A DNA stretch of 64,000 bases from Spirochaetia bacterium (lineage in GTDB: Bacteria > Spirochaetota > UBA4802 > UBA5550), in NCBI GenBank assembly GCA_009885955.1, contig VFJS01000061.1, positions 30,228-94,227 on the forward strand, written 5' to 3'. Below are positions 10,509 through 20,354 of this stretch, piece after piece (position 1 is the stretch's first letter; the number at the start of each line of letters is the position of its first letter). The notes beneath the pieces are model-generated. The model did no database searches. It worked only from the letters and a program-made list of their open reading frames with translations, and was not told where the DNA came from. A program made the position numbers and the translations under genes.

Positions 10509-11891
10509 TTATTTAGATGCAACATCAAAGGGGAGTTCATTATACATCCGTGCCTTTGTAATGTTGACAATGATTAACACTATCATGAGCACGGCAGCTA
10601 TGAGATAGTATCTTACGCTCCCGGCTGCCGTTAACGAATATTTCACCGAATCTATCTCCCTCTTCTTTTCACTGTAGAGCTCAAGGTAGGCGTAATATTT
10701 CCCCGGCTCGTCAATAACAAAGGATGATGAACCCCGTAAATCATTTTCATGCCACGTACCTTCGCTATCGACACCCTTCTCATCCCAGAAATCCCCTGCC
10801 ATTGTATAGGACTCAAGGGGGTCTTTCAGGGCATCTATTTCACTGAAAAGATTTTTGAGGACCGCTATGCCCGTCTGGCTGTCAGTTGCTTTTTTAAAAT
10901 TGTCTTCTTTAAGCAGCATGAACCTGAAGGACTGCCATGAGAGGTTGAGGCGCTGAACTTTTTCATCAATATAAATATCAACATCATAGAGGCCGTTTTT
11001 CCTTGAAAGTTCAAAGGGCCCGTACACGACCTGGCTGAAATAGCTGCTCTGGCTGTTTTCAGACACTGGCTCGTTGCTTGTGATGACGCTCTTCCCCACC
11101 ATTACATTTTTTACAGTTTCATAGGAGGCATAGCTGTAGATGGCAAGGATGAAAGATAACATGGCCCCCGCAGTGAATATGAAACTGCCTGTACGGTAGA
11201 GCCTCCTCTTACTCATCGTGTTTTCATAGGATTTCCTCACGTCCTCCCTGCCGAAGGCCTGGATATAATCCTTGTATGAAACAGTAACACCCATGGTCAC
11301 GGAGACTTCATCATCCGTCTGTTCTATGGTAAAATTGCGGCCATCCTTTTTAAAATCATAGCAGGTTACGGCCTCGCCGATTTCAGGCTTCCATGTGAGC
11401 TCTCCCTCGAAAAAAACAATGCGGCCCGAGTAGGCTGTGTCCCTGTTTATTTTTTTTCCTTCGAATATAATCGACGAGGTATCGGACTCCAGGTCTATGG
11501 ATTCGGGAACATACTCCTCGTAGGAATTCAGCTCCCCGTCCTCCTCGACGAAATAGTGCTGCACCCCGTCACTCGATACGGCAAGCCATTCGTCCCATGT
11601 GGACTTCTCGTATTCGTCCTCCTCCTGCATCCTGATCCTGCCGATGATTTCATATTCCACGCCGCCCAGGATCCCCTTGAGGCCGAGTTTGAACATGGAA
11701 TTTCCGACGTCCTGGGTAAAGTCATCGGCGAAATACCGGTAAAACTCCCCGGTGTACTGGTCATACTCTTTTCCGCAAGAGAGGCACCTGCCTATGGGTG
11801 CCTCTTCATCTTCGTCAACGGTGCGGTAGGTCTTGACGACATCCCCGCCGCAGCCCGTACATTTCAGCTTGCTGTTTTCACCCTTTCCCAA
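10509..11891 (-). CDS. DUF4178-domain membrane protein with N-terminal Zn ribbon
   Basis: CxxC...CxxC; YEIIGRI...WDEW...; FEGELTW; two TM segments. Confidence 0.75.
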   Translation of the reverse strand: MGKGENSKLKCTGCGGDVVKTYRTVDEDEEAPIGRCLSCGKEYDQYTGEFYRYFADDFTQDVGNSMFKLGLKGILGGVEYEIIGRIRMQEEDEYEKSTWDEWLAVSSDGVQHYFVEEDGELNSYEEYVPESIDLESDTSSIIFEGKKINRDTAYSGRIVFFEGELTWKPEIGEAVTCYDFKKDGRNFTIEQTDDEVSVTMGVTVSYKDYIQAFGREDVRKSYENTMSKRRLYRTGSFIFTAGAMLSFILAIYSYASYETVKNVMVGKSVITSNEPVSENSQSSYFSQVVYGPFELSRKNGLYDVDIYIDEKVQRLNLSWQSFRFMLLKEDNFKKATDSQTGIAVLKNLFSEIDALKDPLESYTMAGDFWDEKGVDSEGTWHENDLRGSSSFVIDEPGKYYAYLELYSEKKREIDSVKYSLTAAGSVRYYLIAAVLMIVLIIVNITKARMYNELPFDVASK

Positions 11892-11893
11892 TG

Positions 11894-12505
11894 TTACGGG
11901 CCCTCCCCGGCAATTTCTATATCTCTTCTGAGCAAGGGCCTTCCGGTAAATATTTCCACTTCATCATCGGTCATCTCTATTGAAACTTTTTTCCCTTCAC
12001 TGATGCCGTCAAGAAAAGTGACCCTGGTTCCCGGCTCCTGGTAGTAGTAGAGCTCCCCCTCGCCGCTCTCAATTTCCGCTATACCTTTCTCCTTTATCAT
12101 GACCTTCTTTCCCCCGACAATCATGTTCTGCCCGGCCTTTATTTTCTCAGGGTCGGGTAAGTCGGCAGCTTCCAGCATCTCGAAATATATGGCATAGGTG
12201 CCGTCGTCCTCGGCAAACCATGCAGTGCCCCCGTCATATTCAAGGAACCATTCATCATAATGGGCGCCCTTGCAGGCATACCTCATCCTGCCCAGGGCCC
12301 TGAAGGGCTTCCCGAGAATCGTCCCGCTGGAACCTACGCTGAAAATTGAAGGGTATTCGGCAAGTTTCGGATATTTTCCCGAAATATCAAGTCCGCTGTC
12401 GGTTATCCGTAAATGCGTTCCACAATAGCCGCACACCACAACCTTGCTGAACCTGTTTACAATTGCAACAGGCGCACCGCATGATGTGCAGCCGAGGGAC
12501 GGCAT
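11894..12505 (-). CDS. DUF4178-domain protein with Zn ribbon
   Basis: CTSCGA...CGYCG; GRMRY...YDEWFL; GEGEL. Confidence 0.75.
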   Translation of the reverse strand: MPSLGCTSCGAPVAIVNRFSKVVVCGYCGTHLRITDSGLDISGKYPKLAEYPSIFSVGSSGTILGKPFRALGRMRYACKGAHYDEWFLEYDGGTAWFAEDDGTYAIYFEMLEAADLPDPEKIKAGQNMIVGGKKVMIKEKGIAEIESGEGELYYYQEPGTRVTFLDGISEGKKVSIEMTDDEVEIFTGRPLLRRDIEIAGEGP

Positions 12506-12520
12506 ATTATGTTAAAAGCC

Positions 12521-13648
12521 TTACTGCTGTTCGCCGCACTCAGGGCAGAACTTTGCCCCGGGCTTCAGCTTGGCATTGCACTTTTTGCAGTTTGAGCCCT
12601 GAAGATTGGCGCCGCATTTCGGGCAGAACTTCGCTCCCGCAGGGATGTTTTCCTTGCATGACGGACACGGCTCCGTAGCTACGACCATTTCCTTCCCGCA
12701 TGAAGAACAGAATTTGGCAGCGGCCGGATTAACCGTATTGCAGTGGGGGCACTGTTTCTGGCCCTGCTGCTGCTGGCCCTGTCCGCCGCCCATCATGTTG
12801 CCCATCATGTTGCCCATCTGGTTTCCCATGCCCATGCCCATTCCGGCGCCCATCATGCCCCCGGCCATTCCATCGCTGCCGGCGGCCTTCTCCATGGTGT
12901 CAAAGGTCCTCTTCATCTTGTAGTCATCGCCGCCCATGATGTTTATCTCGGCCTTGTCCGCCAGGGCTTTTTTCAGCCTCTTGACTGACTCGTCCTCTTC
13001 GGGAATATTTATGGATTCAACGGCAAACCGGAGAAGCTCAATGCCGAAACTGGAAAAATCCTCGAGCATCTTTGCCTTGCCCGCGGTCCCGATCTCATCA
13101 TAGTATGCAACGAGTTTAAGGATTGTGATGCTCTGCTTGATCATGAACTCGGCAATGAGATCCTGGATCTTCGGCATGATAATCTGGTCACGGACCCCGG
13201 AACCAATGGCATCGGTTGTGAAGGCCTGCCATGTCCCGATGGCCGTAATAAGGAAGCTCTTTATATCCTTGATCCTTATGGAATAGGATCCGAAGGCCCT
13301 GATGGGTACGGGAATATTATAAATGGGGTCAAGGAGCTGAATCGGCTGTTTTGTCCCCCATTTCAAATTCGGGATTTCGGACTTATTAATAAAGTATACC
13401 TCTGCAGGGAAAGGGGTCTTTCCTCCAAAGGGAATGTTTATGAGTTTTCCAAGAAGGGGAATGTTCTGGGTAACCAGGGTGTGCCTCCCGGGGCCGAAGG
13501 AATCCAGGGCCTGGCCGTTCTTGAAAAATATTGCCTCCTGCCCCTCCTTGACTATGAGCTGGGATCCAACGGCAATATCCCCCTCCTTGAACCTGTTTAT
13601 CACCTCACCGGGAGCATTATTCCATTCAACAACATCAAGAAGCGCCAT
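12521..13648 (-). CDS. SPFH (band 7) domain protein with C-terminal double zinc ribbons
   Basis: GSQLIVKEGQEAIF...PGRHTL..NIP...KWGT; Met/Gly-rich linker; three CxxC...AKFCxxCG repeats. Confidence 0.9.
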   Translation of the reverse strand: MALLDVVEWNNAPGEVINRFKEGDIAVGSQLIVKEGQEAIFFKNGQALDSFGPGRHTLVTQNIPLLGKLINIPFGGKTPFPAEVYFINKSEIPNLKWGTKQPIQLLDPIYNIPVPIRAFGSYSIRIKDIKSFLITAIGTWQAFTTDAIGSGVRDQIIMPKIQDLIAEFMIKQSITILKLVAYYDEIGTAGKAKMLEDFSSFGIELLRFAVESINIPEEDESVKRLKKALADKAEINIMGGDDYKMKRTFDTMEKAAGSDGMAGGMMGAGMGMGMGNQMGNMMGNMMGGGQGQQQQGQKQCPHCNTVNPAAAKFCSSCGKEMVVATEPCPSCKENIPAGAKFCPKCGANLQGSNCKKCNAKLKPGAKFCPECGEQQ

Positions 13649-14197
13649 TTATATTACCTCCATAATAACATTTTTTCTCTCATCGAGCATTGTTTCAAAA
13701 TTCCTGGACTTTTCCCTGACAGCCTTTACCGCGGACTTAAAATCGTCCCCCTGCGCGGTCCCGAGTTTAGACAGGGCCTCATTGAATTCATCAAGGCCCG
13801 ATAGGAGCCTCCAGTCATATTCAAGGAGCCTCTCCTTATCAGCCTCGGTCACCTTCAGCTTGGAGGCCGATGCAGAAGTACCGTAATCGGCATATTTCAC
13901 CTTTCTGTGGAGCTTCTCAAAGTTCATGTTCAGCGTATCGAGCTCACCGAGATATTCGAACTTACTCTCCTTGCTGTAGCCGGTGATGATATCGGAGATA
14001 TCGTTCTTTATCTTCTGGATTCTGTCCGCCATAAAATCCCTTACCACCTGGTCGGCGGCATAGCTTTCGGCTGCCTCGACAAATCCCTTGAACCCCGGGA
14101 TAAGGTTACCCAGCTTATTTGTGAGGTTGTCGATAAGGTCCCTGTTTTCACCTATTCTTTTTTTTACGTTTGATAAATCTGGCTGCATGGTTTTCAC
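13649..14197 (-). CDS. Hypothetical all-helical protein, first gene of the SPFH operon
   Basis: IPGFKGF...ADQVVR...KYADYG...LLEYD; abuts the SPFH gene. Start could be 14188. Confidence 0.75.
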   Translation of the reverse strand: MKTMQPDLSNVKKRIGENRDLIDNLTNKLGNLIPGFKGFVEAAESYAADQVVRDFMADRIQKIKNDISDIITGYSKESKFEYLGELDTLNMNFEKLHRKVKYADYGTSASASKLKVTEADKERLLEYDWRLLSGLDEFNEALSKLGTAQGDDFKSAVKAVREKSRNFETMLDERKNVIMEVI

Positions 14198-14288
14198 CCT
14201 CTCAATTTAGAATCGGAAGCGGATGATATTTACATCCGCTCACCCTGGCGTTAAATTCGCCATATTTAATGGGATATAAAAAGACTCA

Positions 14289-14431
14289 GCCACGGAGACA
14301 CTGAGACACAGAGTATGATTAAGCTTGTAATCAATATTATTTATTTATTAAGTAATATCAATATACAATTGCTTATAGTAACATTACATATAATCAGCTA
14401 AAATTTCTCTGTGTCTCTGCGCCTCTGCGGC
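14289..14431. repeat. MITE/REPIN-like element: 25-bp imperfect inverted arms around a 93-bp AT-rich spacer
   Basis: gccacggagacactgagacacagag (14289-14313) and ctctgtgtctctgcgcctctgcggc (14407-14431). Confidence 0.7.
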
Positions 14432-14564
14432 AGCATCTTTTTTTTGCCCCCTGTTTTTATAAAGAAATCCCATTTACAGAAAATACAGGATTTATTCCTT
14501 TTTTTTAATTTTCATAACTACAGTCTGATTTACTCAAAATATGAATAAAAGTCAAGATAATATT

Positions 14565-14894
14565 TCATTCTTCCCGGATATCACCCAATGAGTCCTGTAT
14601 CTTCATCAATAAAGAGGCATATTCCTTTTCTGCTTTCAGGTATTTCACAATGAGCTCATCGTCAGAAAGATTCACCAGCATTTCTGCAAGATCAGCCCTC
14701 TCAAAAGACTCAATGATATCGCCATTAATCTCCCTTTCAGAGATGCTACGGTTAAGCTCTCTGCATTCATCAAAGAGCTTTTGTGACTCTGGATTGTTAT
14801 TGAGTTCGATGAATGTATTATGAAAATTAATATAAACATCGCTTCCGGTTATCATAATGCCAAGGCTGTTGGCTTTATCAAGAATTTCCTGCAT
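14565..14894 (-). CDS. YlbF/YmcA (Com_YlbF) family protein
   Basis: MQEILDKANSLG..I..SDVY...NPESQKL...IVKYLKAEKEY; start placed at 14894. Confidence 0.65.
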   Translation of the reverse strand: MQEILDKANSLGIMITGSDVYINFHNTFIELNNNPESQKLFDECRELNRSISEREINGDIIESFERADLAEMLVNLSDDELIVKYLKAEKEYASLLMKIQDSLGDIREE

Positions 14895-15067
14895 AGCTAT
14901 ATAATACAAAAAAAATCCTCCTTTGTAACAAAATTTTTTCCAAATAACTAAAAAAACGGGAGTTTTCACCTAAAGAAACACCTCTTAATATCCTGGGAAT
15001 CTCTTTTTGTTTGACATTTTAACAGCGGGTTAATTAAATTACATGGATAATATGCGGGAGAGAGATT

Positions 15068-15424
15068 ATGACAGATTTAAAGCAGCTCATAGAGGATGAA
15101 AATAAGATCGAAACGGTTGTTTCAAGCGATATTAAGTTCAAAGGAAAAATGAAGTTCAGAAGCTCCCTGAAAATCAGGGGTACTTTTGAAGGGAAGATTG
15201 AGACAGAAGGTTTTCTCATAATCGGCAGGGAGGCGGTTGTAAGCGCGGATATTTCTGCAAAAATTGTCTCTATAAGCGGTGAGGTCAACGGCAAGATAAA
15301 GGCCAGCCAGGGGATCCATCTCCATAAGAACAGCAGGACAAGGGGCGACATCATAACCCCGGACCTCATGATGGAACAGGGCGCCTTTTTCAACGGCACA
15401 TGCATCATGGATGAAAAGAGCTGA
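15068..15424 (+). CDS. Bactofilin (polymer-forming cytoskeletal protein)
   Basis: Beta-helix pattern ETVVSSDIKFKGKM...IRGTFEGKI...GEVNGKI...GAFFNGTCIM. Confidence 0.9.
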   Translation: MTDLKQLIEDENKIETVVSSDIKFKGKMKFRSSLKIRGTFEGKIETEGFLIIGREAVVSADISAKIVSISGEVNGKIKASQGIHLHKNSRTRGDIITPDLMMEQGAFFNGTCIMDEKS

Positions 15425-15450
15425 ATTCCAGGAACCCCGGAGCATATTCA

Positions 15451-16125
15451 GTGCGCCTATCCAGAACTTTTAAAATTGCAATAGTAATTTTCCTGATTTT
15501 TGCATCGGCTGCATTTTCATGGGCTGATAATGAAAAGGCCCAGCCCAATGCCGCTATAGGATTCGGCGGCTCATTTGGAAGATACAATATATATACCCCC
15601 TCCCGCGGCTCTGATACACTGGAATGGTCTAACGGTTACGGGATCCAGGGGGGGTTTGTATTTGAACAAATGTTCAGCAACAGGATCGGGATACAGTCCG
15701 GCCTGTGGTATGGCGAGTCGAAAATAAAAGTATATGACGGGAAAAATGCCGGAGATATATCCCTCAAAACCCTCTCAATGCCCTTTTATTTTGTATTGTC
15801 TTTTAACAGCCAGTCAGTGGGTTTCAATTTTCTGGGAGGGTTTAATTTTACCCGTATAGTAGCATCGGATTATAATAATAATTCCATAATAAATGAAATA
15901 CTTCTCTATGTTAATGAAAATCAGATTGCCATGTCCGGCGGTTTCAACATTAAATTCAGGATAACCAGTTTCACCGATTTTTTCATAGGCATGCTTGCTG
16001 ACTTCAGCCTGAACAAGTTCATCAACGATACAATTAAAACCGATGTCACGCACCTCTATAACATCAGGGGAACCGGCGGTTTCATGTTCAGAACAAATAT
16101 CTTCCCCATCAGCGAAAAACTCTGA
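15451..16125 (+). CDS. Outer-membrane beta-barrel protein
   Basis: Signal peptide followed by alternating aromatic/Gly beta-strands. Confidence 0.6.
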   Translation: MRLSRTFKIAIVIFLIFASAAFSWADNEKAQPNAAIGFGGSFGRYNIYTPSRGSDTLEWSNGYGIQGGFVFEQMFSNRIGIQSGLWYGESKIKVYDGKNAGDISLKTLSMPFYFVLSFNSQSVGFNFLGGFNFTRIVASDYNNNSIINEILLYVNENQIAMSGGFNIKFRITSFTDFFIGMLADFSLNKFINDTIKTDVTHLYNIRGTGGFMFRTNIFPISEKL

Positions 16126-16166
16126 GGTATAACTTTTCAGACCAAAAAATATTCCGAGGGCGGCTA

Positions 16167-18041
16167 ATGAAAAAATCCCTGTTTATAAAACTATTAATCA
16201 TACTTGCCCCGGCGCTCCTGTCTGCTGCCCCTTACAATGAAAGCGCAATAAGAATAACAGACCTTGCCGACATGGTATTATATGAAAACTACCCCGGGAT
16301 CGAGGCAGAACTCAAGGGGGGAGTGAACATCAATGCCCCCACCGGAGCTCTGGGCCGGCCTACAGCCCTTATGCTGGCATCGGGAAGGGGAAATCTCAGG
16401 ATGGTGGAATTCCTGGCAGGCAGAAACGCCGCAATAAATCAGAAAGACGACGATGAAAATGATGCGTTGATGTATGCAGCGCAGAGCGGTAATGTCAAAA
16501 TAATAAAATTCCTCCTGTCAAAAGGAGCGCATGTTGACAATGAAAACAACAGGGGAAAAACCGCCCTGGAGATAGCATCGGAAAAAGGGGATGATGTTAT
16601 GGTGAAGCTGCTCCTCGACAAGGGCGCCGACAGGGGGATCGGCCTGTCCCTGCCTGCAGCATCGAGATACGGATACTCATCAATACTAAAAATGCTGTTA
16701 AAAAAAAACGCCCTGGTCACCCTGAAAGACCGCAACGGGGCGACGGCATTCTTCCACGCTGCAGAAGGGGGGCACCGGGAGGCTGCGGAACTCCTTCTTC
16801 AGAACGGGGCCGATGTAAACATGGCCAGGAAGGACAGCGTCACTCCAGTCATGGCATCGGTAATGAACGGGGACACAGCCATGACCGCGCTTCTCCTTTC
16901 AAAAGGCGCGGCCCTGGAGCTTAAAAACAGCGAGGGCAGGACAGTATTCATGGAGGCGATAAGGACAAATATGCCGGAAATCAACCGCCTCTTTGTGAAC
17001 AGTAATATTAATATACATGACCGGGACTTCAAACTCGATACCGCGCTCCACTACCTGTGCCAGGTTCCGGAAAATCCCGACATGAAAATGGCAGACACCC
17101 TGTTGAAAAAGGGAGCTGCCGTGAATATAAAAAACAGGGATGGAAAAACTCCTCTTATGTATGCCTCTGAGAAGGGGCATCTCGAACTGGTTAAACAGCT
17201 TCTGGGCAGCGGAGCCGATGCCCGGGCTGTTGATAAGAACAGAAAGGACGCGATGGCACTGGCCGCCCTATCGGGCCATGACGAAGTTGTGGCCCTGTTT
17301 AAAAGCACGGGCCTGCCGGATACAGGAATAAAACCTGATGCCCGGGCCACAAGGGAAGTTCTGGATAACCCGGGGACAGTAAGATTTTTCAGCGCAGTAA
17401 GGAGAGGTAATGCGGCAGTTATCATCCAGGAACTGGAAAAGGGATTTACTGTTAATACAAGAGACAGGGAGGAAAATACGCCGCTCATCGCACTGTCCAG
17501 GTCGCCGCTTCCGCAGAAGGTTAAGGTTTCAATTACCGCCATTTTAATAAATGCCGGGGCCGGAGTGAATCATGAGAATTCAAAACCCCTTGGCGCCATT
17601 GACTATGCATTGGAATACAATGATTATGAACTGGTGAGGCTCCTCATTGAGAAAGGGGCCGGAAGAAAAGGGCTCCCTCTTCTCCTGTCAGCCTTTACAA
17701 ACGGCGACATGGATACGGCGAATTACATTGTGAGTAACAAAAATATTAATGTGTCGGAAGCCCTCCTGACAGTGGATGATTACAGGATAGTCAGACTGCT
17801 TGTTGAAGCGGGAGGAGATGTAAACTTCAGGGACAGTGCCGGCAGAACGCCGCTCATGCGCAGATGTGAGCTGAATCCTGGATGGGGATTTTACCGGAAC
17901 AGCCTGGCCATAGAGGAATATTTGAAAGCTGGCGCCGACATTGATGTAAAGGATTCCAAAGGGATCAGCGCTCTTGCACTATCCAGGGCCTCGGGAAACA
18001 GGAAATTGTCCGAGTTCCTTGTGAGCAAAGGGGCGAAGTGA
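16167..18041 (+). CDS. Secreted ankyrin-repeat protein
   Basis: Signal peptide plus more than 12 G.TxL..A...G repeats. Confidence 0.9.
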   Translation: MKKSLFIKLLIILAPALLSAAPYNESAIRITDLADMVLYENYPGIEAELKGGVNINAPTGALGRPTALMLASGRGNLRMVEFLAGRNAAINQKDDDENDALMYAAQSGNVKIIKFLLSKGAHVDNENNRGKTALEIASEKGDDVMVKLLLDKGADRGIGLSLPAASRYGYSSILKMLLKKNALVTLKDRNGATAFFHAAEGGHREAAELLLQNGADVNMARKDSVTPVMASVMNGDTAMTALLLSKGAALELKNSEGRTVFMEAIRTNMPEINRLFVNSNINIHDRDFKLDTALHYLCQVPENPDMKMADTLLKKGAAVNIKNRDGKTPLMYASEKGHLELVKQLLGSGADARAVDKNRKDAMALAALSGHDEVVALFKSTGLPDTGIKPDARATREVLDNPGTVRFFSAVRRGNAAVIIQELEKGFTVNTRDREENTPLIALSRSPLPQKVKVSITAILINAGAGVNHENSKPLGAIDYALEYNDYELVRLLIEKGAGRKGLPLLLSAFTNGDMDTANYIVSNKNINVSEALLTVDDYRIVRLLVEAGGDVNFRDSAGRTPLMRRCELNPGWGFYRNSLAIEEYLKAGADIDVKDSKGISALALSRASGNRKLSEFLVSKGAK

Positions 18042-18069
18042 ATATATTTTTGCAGACAATACCCTATTG

Positions 18070-18429
18070 TTAATTTGACACAGCAGGCCAATTGAGTGAA
18101 TCTGGGACTTTTCTCTTAATTGCGTCTTTTAATTCCACCTCTATGGGTGTAACTCCCCCGCATTCCGTAGTCTGCCGTTCCGGCTCCCTGCAGGTGAACG
18201 AGGCGGTGAATTTATAAATGGCTACCCGCCGGTTGTTGAGACAGTTCCATATATACACATCATAGCCGCCATCGCTGCCCGTCCGGTATGACTGGTCCGG
18301 AGGCTGCATGCCGGAAAATTTAGTCCAGGATTTTGAGCAGCAGCCGGAGAGGATGAATAAGAAAATGACAAGCTGCAAAGGAAGCATACTCCCTTGCACG
18401 CCCCCTTTGCAGCCTGACCTTGAAAACAT
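18070..18429 (-). CDS. Small Cys-rich putative lipoprotein
   Basis: LVIFLFILSGCC lipobox-like motif; start uncertain. Confidence 0.5.
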   Translation of the reverse strand: MFSRSGCKGGVQGSMLPLQLVIFLFILSGCCSKSWTKFSGMQPPDQSYRTGSDGGYDVYIWNCLNNRRVAIYKFTASFTCREPERQTTECGGVTPIEVELKDAIKRKVPDSLNWPAVSN

Positions 18430-18438
18430 AATAAACTT

Positions 18439-19392
18439 CTACCCCAGCTTATCCATCATGGCCGGGATCACCTCAAAGAGGTCGCCCACTATGCCGTATG
18501 TGGCTATGTTGAATATGGGAGCTTCCGGGTCTTTGTTGATGGCCACGATGCACTGTGAGCCCTTCATCCCTGCGATATGCTGTATGGACCCGGAAACGCC
18601 TGCAGCGATATAAAGATCCGGCGTCACGGTCTTGCCCGACTGGCCCACCTGCCTGGAGGGTTCAACCCATCCCGAGTCTACTACGGGCCTTGTGGCAGCG
18701 TACTCTCCGCCCAGTTTCTTTGCAAGGGGGATAATCATCTCCTTGTACTTGTCCCCGTCCTTCACTCCCCTGCCGCCGGTAACAATGACCTTTGCCTGGG
18801 TTATATCAATGGAGCCTGCCATGGTCTCAACAATCCCGATTATCTTTCTCTTGAGATCTCCCATGGATACGGCGACATTGACAACGGTTCCTGCGCTGCC
18901 TGCCGCCTCGGGGCTGTAAGCCCCCTTTTCAAAGGTTGCGACGAATTTGCCGGTCTTTACCTTTTTATCCTCCTGGATCTTTCCGTTATAGATGTTTCTC
19001 GTGAGTATCAGTACGCCTCCTTCAACATGGGCCTTGTTGCAGTTTGATACAATACCGGCGCCCAGTGCCATGGCTGCCTTTGCGGCGAAATCGATACCGT
19101 TGTAGCTGTGGGCTATGAGTACCCCCTTCACATCCTGTGCGCCTGCCAGGGCCTTTACCGCCTGTGCATACCCTTCGGGGGTGAATGATGCCAGGCCGGC
19201 ATCAACAACTGAGAATACCTCGCCGATGTACTTAGATATCTCCTTTGCCATGGAATCGTCATTTGAGAATACGGCTGCTGCGGCGCCGCAGCCCATGGCA
19301 GCGCCGATCTCCTTAGCCGCCCTGCAGAGCTCAAAGGATGACTCGGTGATCGTTCCGTTTTTATGTTCTACAATTGCTATTATCTTTCCCAT
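18439..19392 (-). CDS. etfA: Electron transfer flavoprotein alpha subunit
   Basis: RQVGQSGKTVTPDLYIAAGVSGSIQHIAGM...AINKDPEAPIF. Confidence 0.95.
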   Translation of the reverse strand: MGKIIAIVEHKNGTITESSFELCRAAKEIGAAMGCGAAAAVFSNDDSMAKEISKYIGEVFSVVDAGLASFTPEGYAQAVKALAGAQDVKGVLIAHSYNGIDFAAKAAMALGAGIVSNCNKAHVEGGVLILTRNIYNGKIQEDKKVKTGKFVATFEKGAYSPEAAGSAGTVVNVAVSMGDLKRKIIGIVETMAGSIDITQAKVIVTGGRGVKDGDKYKEMIIPLAKKLGGEYAATRPVVDSGWVEPSRQVGQSGKTVTPDLYIAAGVSGSIQHIAGMKGSQCIVAINKDPEAPIFNIATYGIVGDLFEVIPAMMDKLG

Positions 19393-19402
19393 TGTGAGCC
19401 TC

Positions 19403-20179
19403 CTATATTACCTTTGCCTGGTTCTTGAGTTTATCGATGAGCGCTGCCGCGGCAGTAGCCGGGTCGCCTGCGATTATTTCAGCCTTGTGCTCTGAAACCG
19501 GAATGAACATCCTGATAAATTCGGTCCTTGAATCCGTGGGTGTACCCAGGTCTGCCGATGTTTTCGCTTCAAGGTTCTTCTTTTTGGCCTTCATGATTCC
19601 GGGGAGGGTGGGATACCTGGGCTCATTTATTCCAGACTGTATTGACAGCACCGACGGGACTGAAATCTCAACCACCTCGTTCATACCGCCTTCCAGCTCC
19701 CTGTTGAGTTTGAGCCCCTTGTTGTCATTTACCAGTTCAAGCTTCACCACATTGGTGCAGTGCGGCCAGCCGAACATGTCAGCCAGCATTACACCGGTGA
19801 CGCCGGCCTGGTCGTCTTCTGCCTGCACACCGGTGAGCACAAGGTCCACTCCCCCGATCTTTTCAATGGCCTTCCATAAAGCTGATGCAACGACAAAGTT
19901 GTCGCCGGCCTCGATTACCGGATCGTTTATGTGGACCCCCCAGTCCGCGCCCATGGCAAAGGCCTGCCTGATATCCTTACCTGCCCTATCGGGCCCGGCT
20001 GTTACAATGATTACCTCACCGCCGATCTTCTCTTTGAGCTGCAGGGCCGCCTCAACAGCATAATTGTCAAAATCATTAATCTTGTAGGCAACCTGAGTTT
20101 CATCAACGCGTTTCTCATCAAGAATCTTAAACTTCGATTCCATGTCGGGAACCTGTTTCAAACAGACAACAATCTTCAT
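19403..20179 (-). CDS. etfB: Electron transfer flavoprotein beta subunit
   Basis: MKIVVCLKQVPD...AMGAD...NEPRYPTLPGIMKAKKK; start placed at 20179. Confidence 0.95.
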   Translation of the reverse strand: MKIVVCLKQVPDMESKFKILDEKRVDETQVAYKINDFDNYAVEAALQLKEKIGGEVIIVTAGPDRAGKDIRQAFAMGADWGVHINDPVIEAGDNFVVASALWKAIEKIGGVDLVLTGVQAEDDQAGVTGVMLADMFGWPHCTNVVKLELVNDNKGLKLNRELEGGMNEVVEISVPSVLSIQSGINEPRYPTLPGIMKAKKKNLEAKTSADLGTPTDSRTEFIRMFIPVSEHKAEIIAGDPATAAAALIDKLKNQAKVI

Positions 20180-20354
20180 ATTATTACTCCCAATAAAAAA
20201 TTTTTGAAAAAGGACTAAGGACAAACAAAAAATTATACCCTTGCATATTTTTTTATCGAAAAGATGCCGGGTGGCGTCAATCCGATTTTATGAAATTCAT
20301 AATTACATAAAATGTTAAAATGTCAATATTAATCGGAAAAAAATGGAAATTTTT

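Noticed and set aside
12770-12870. Met/Gly-coding tandem repeats (cccatcatgttg, cccatg)
   Set aside because: Ordinary low-complexity linker typical of SPFH-zinc-ribbon proteins.
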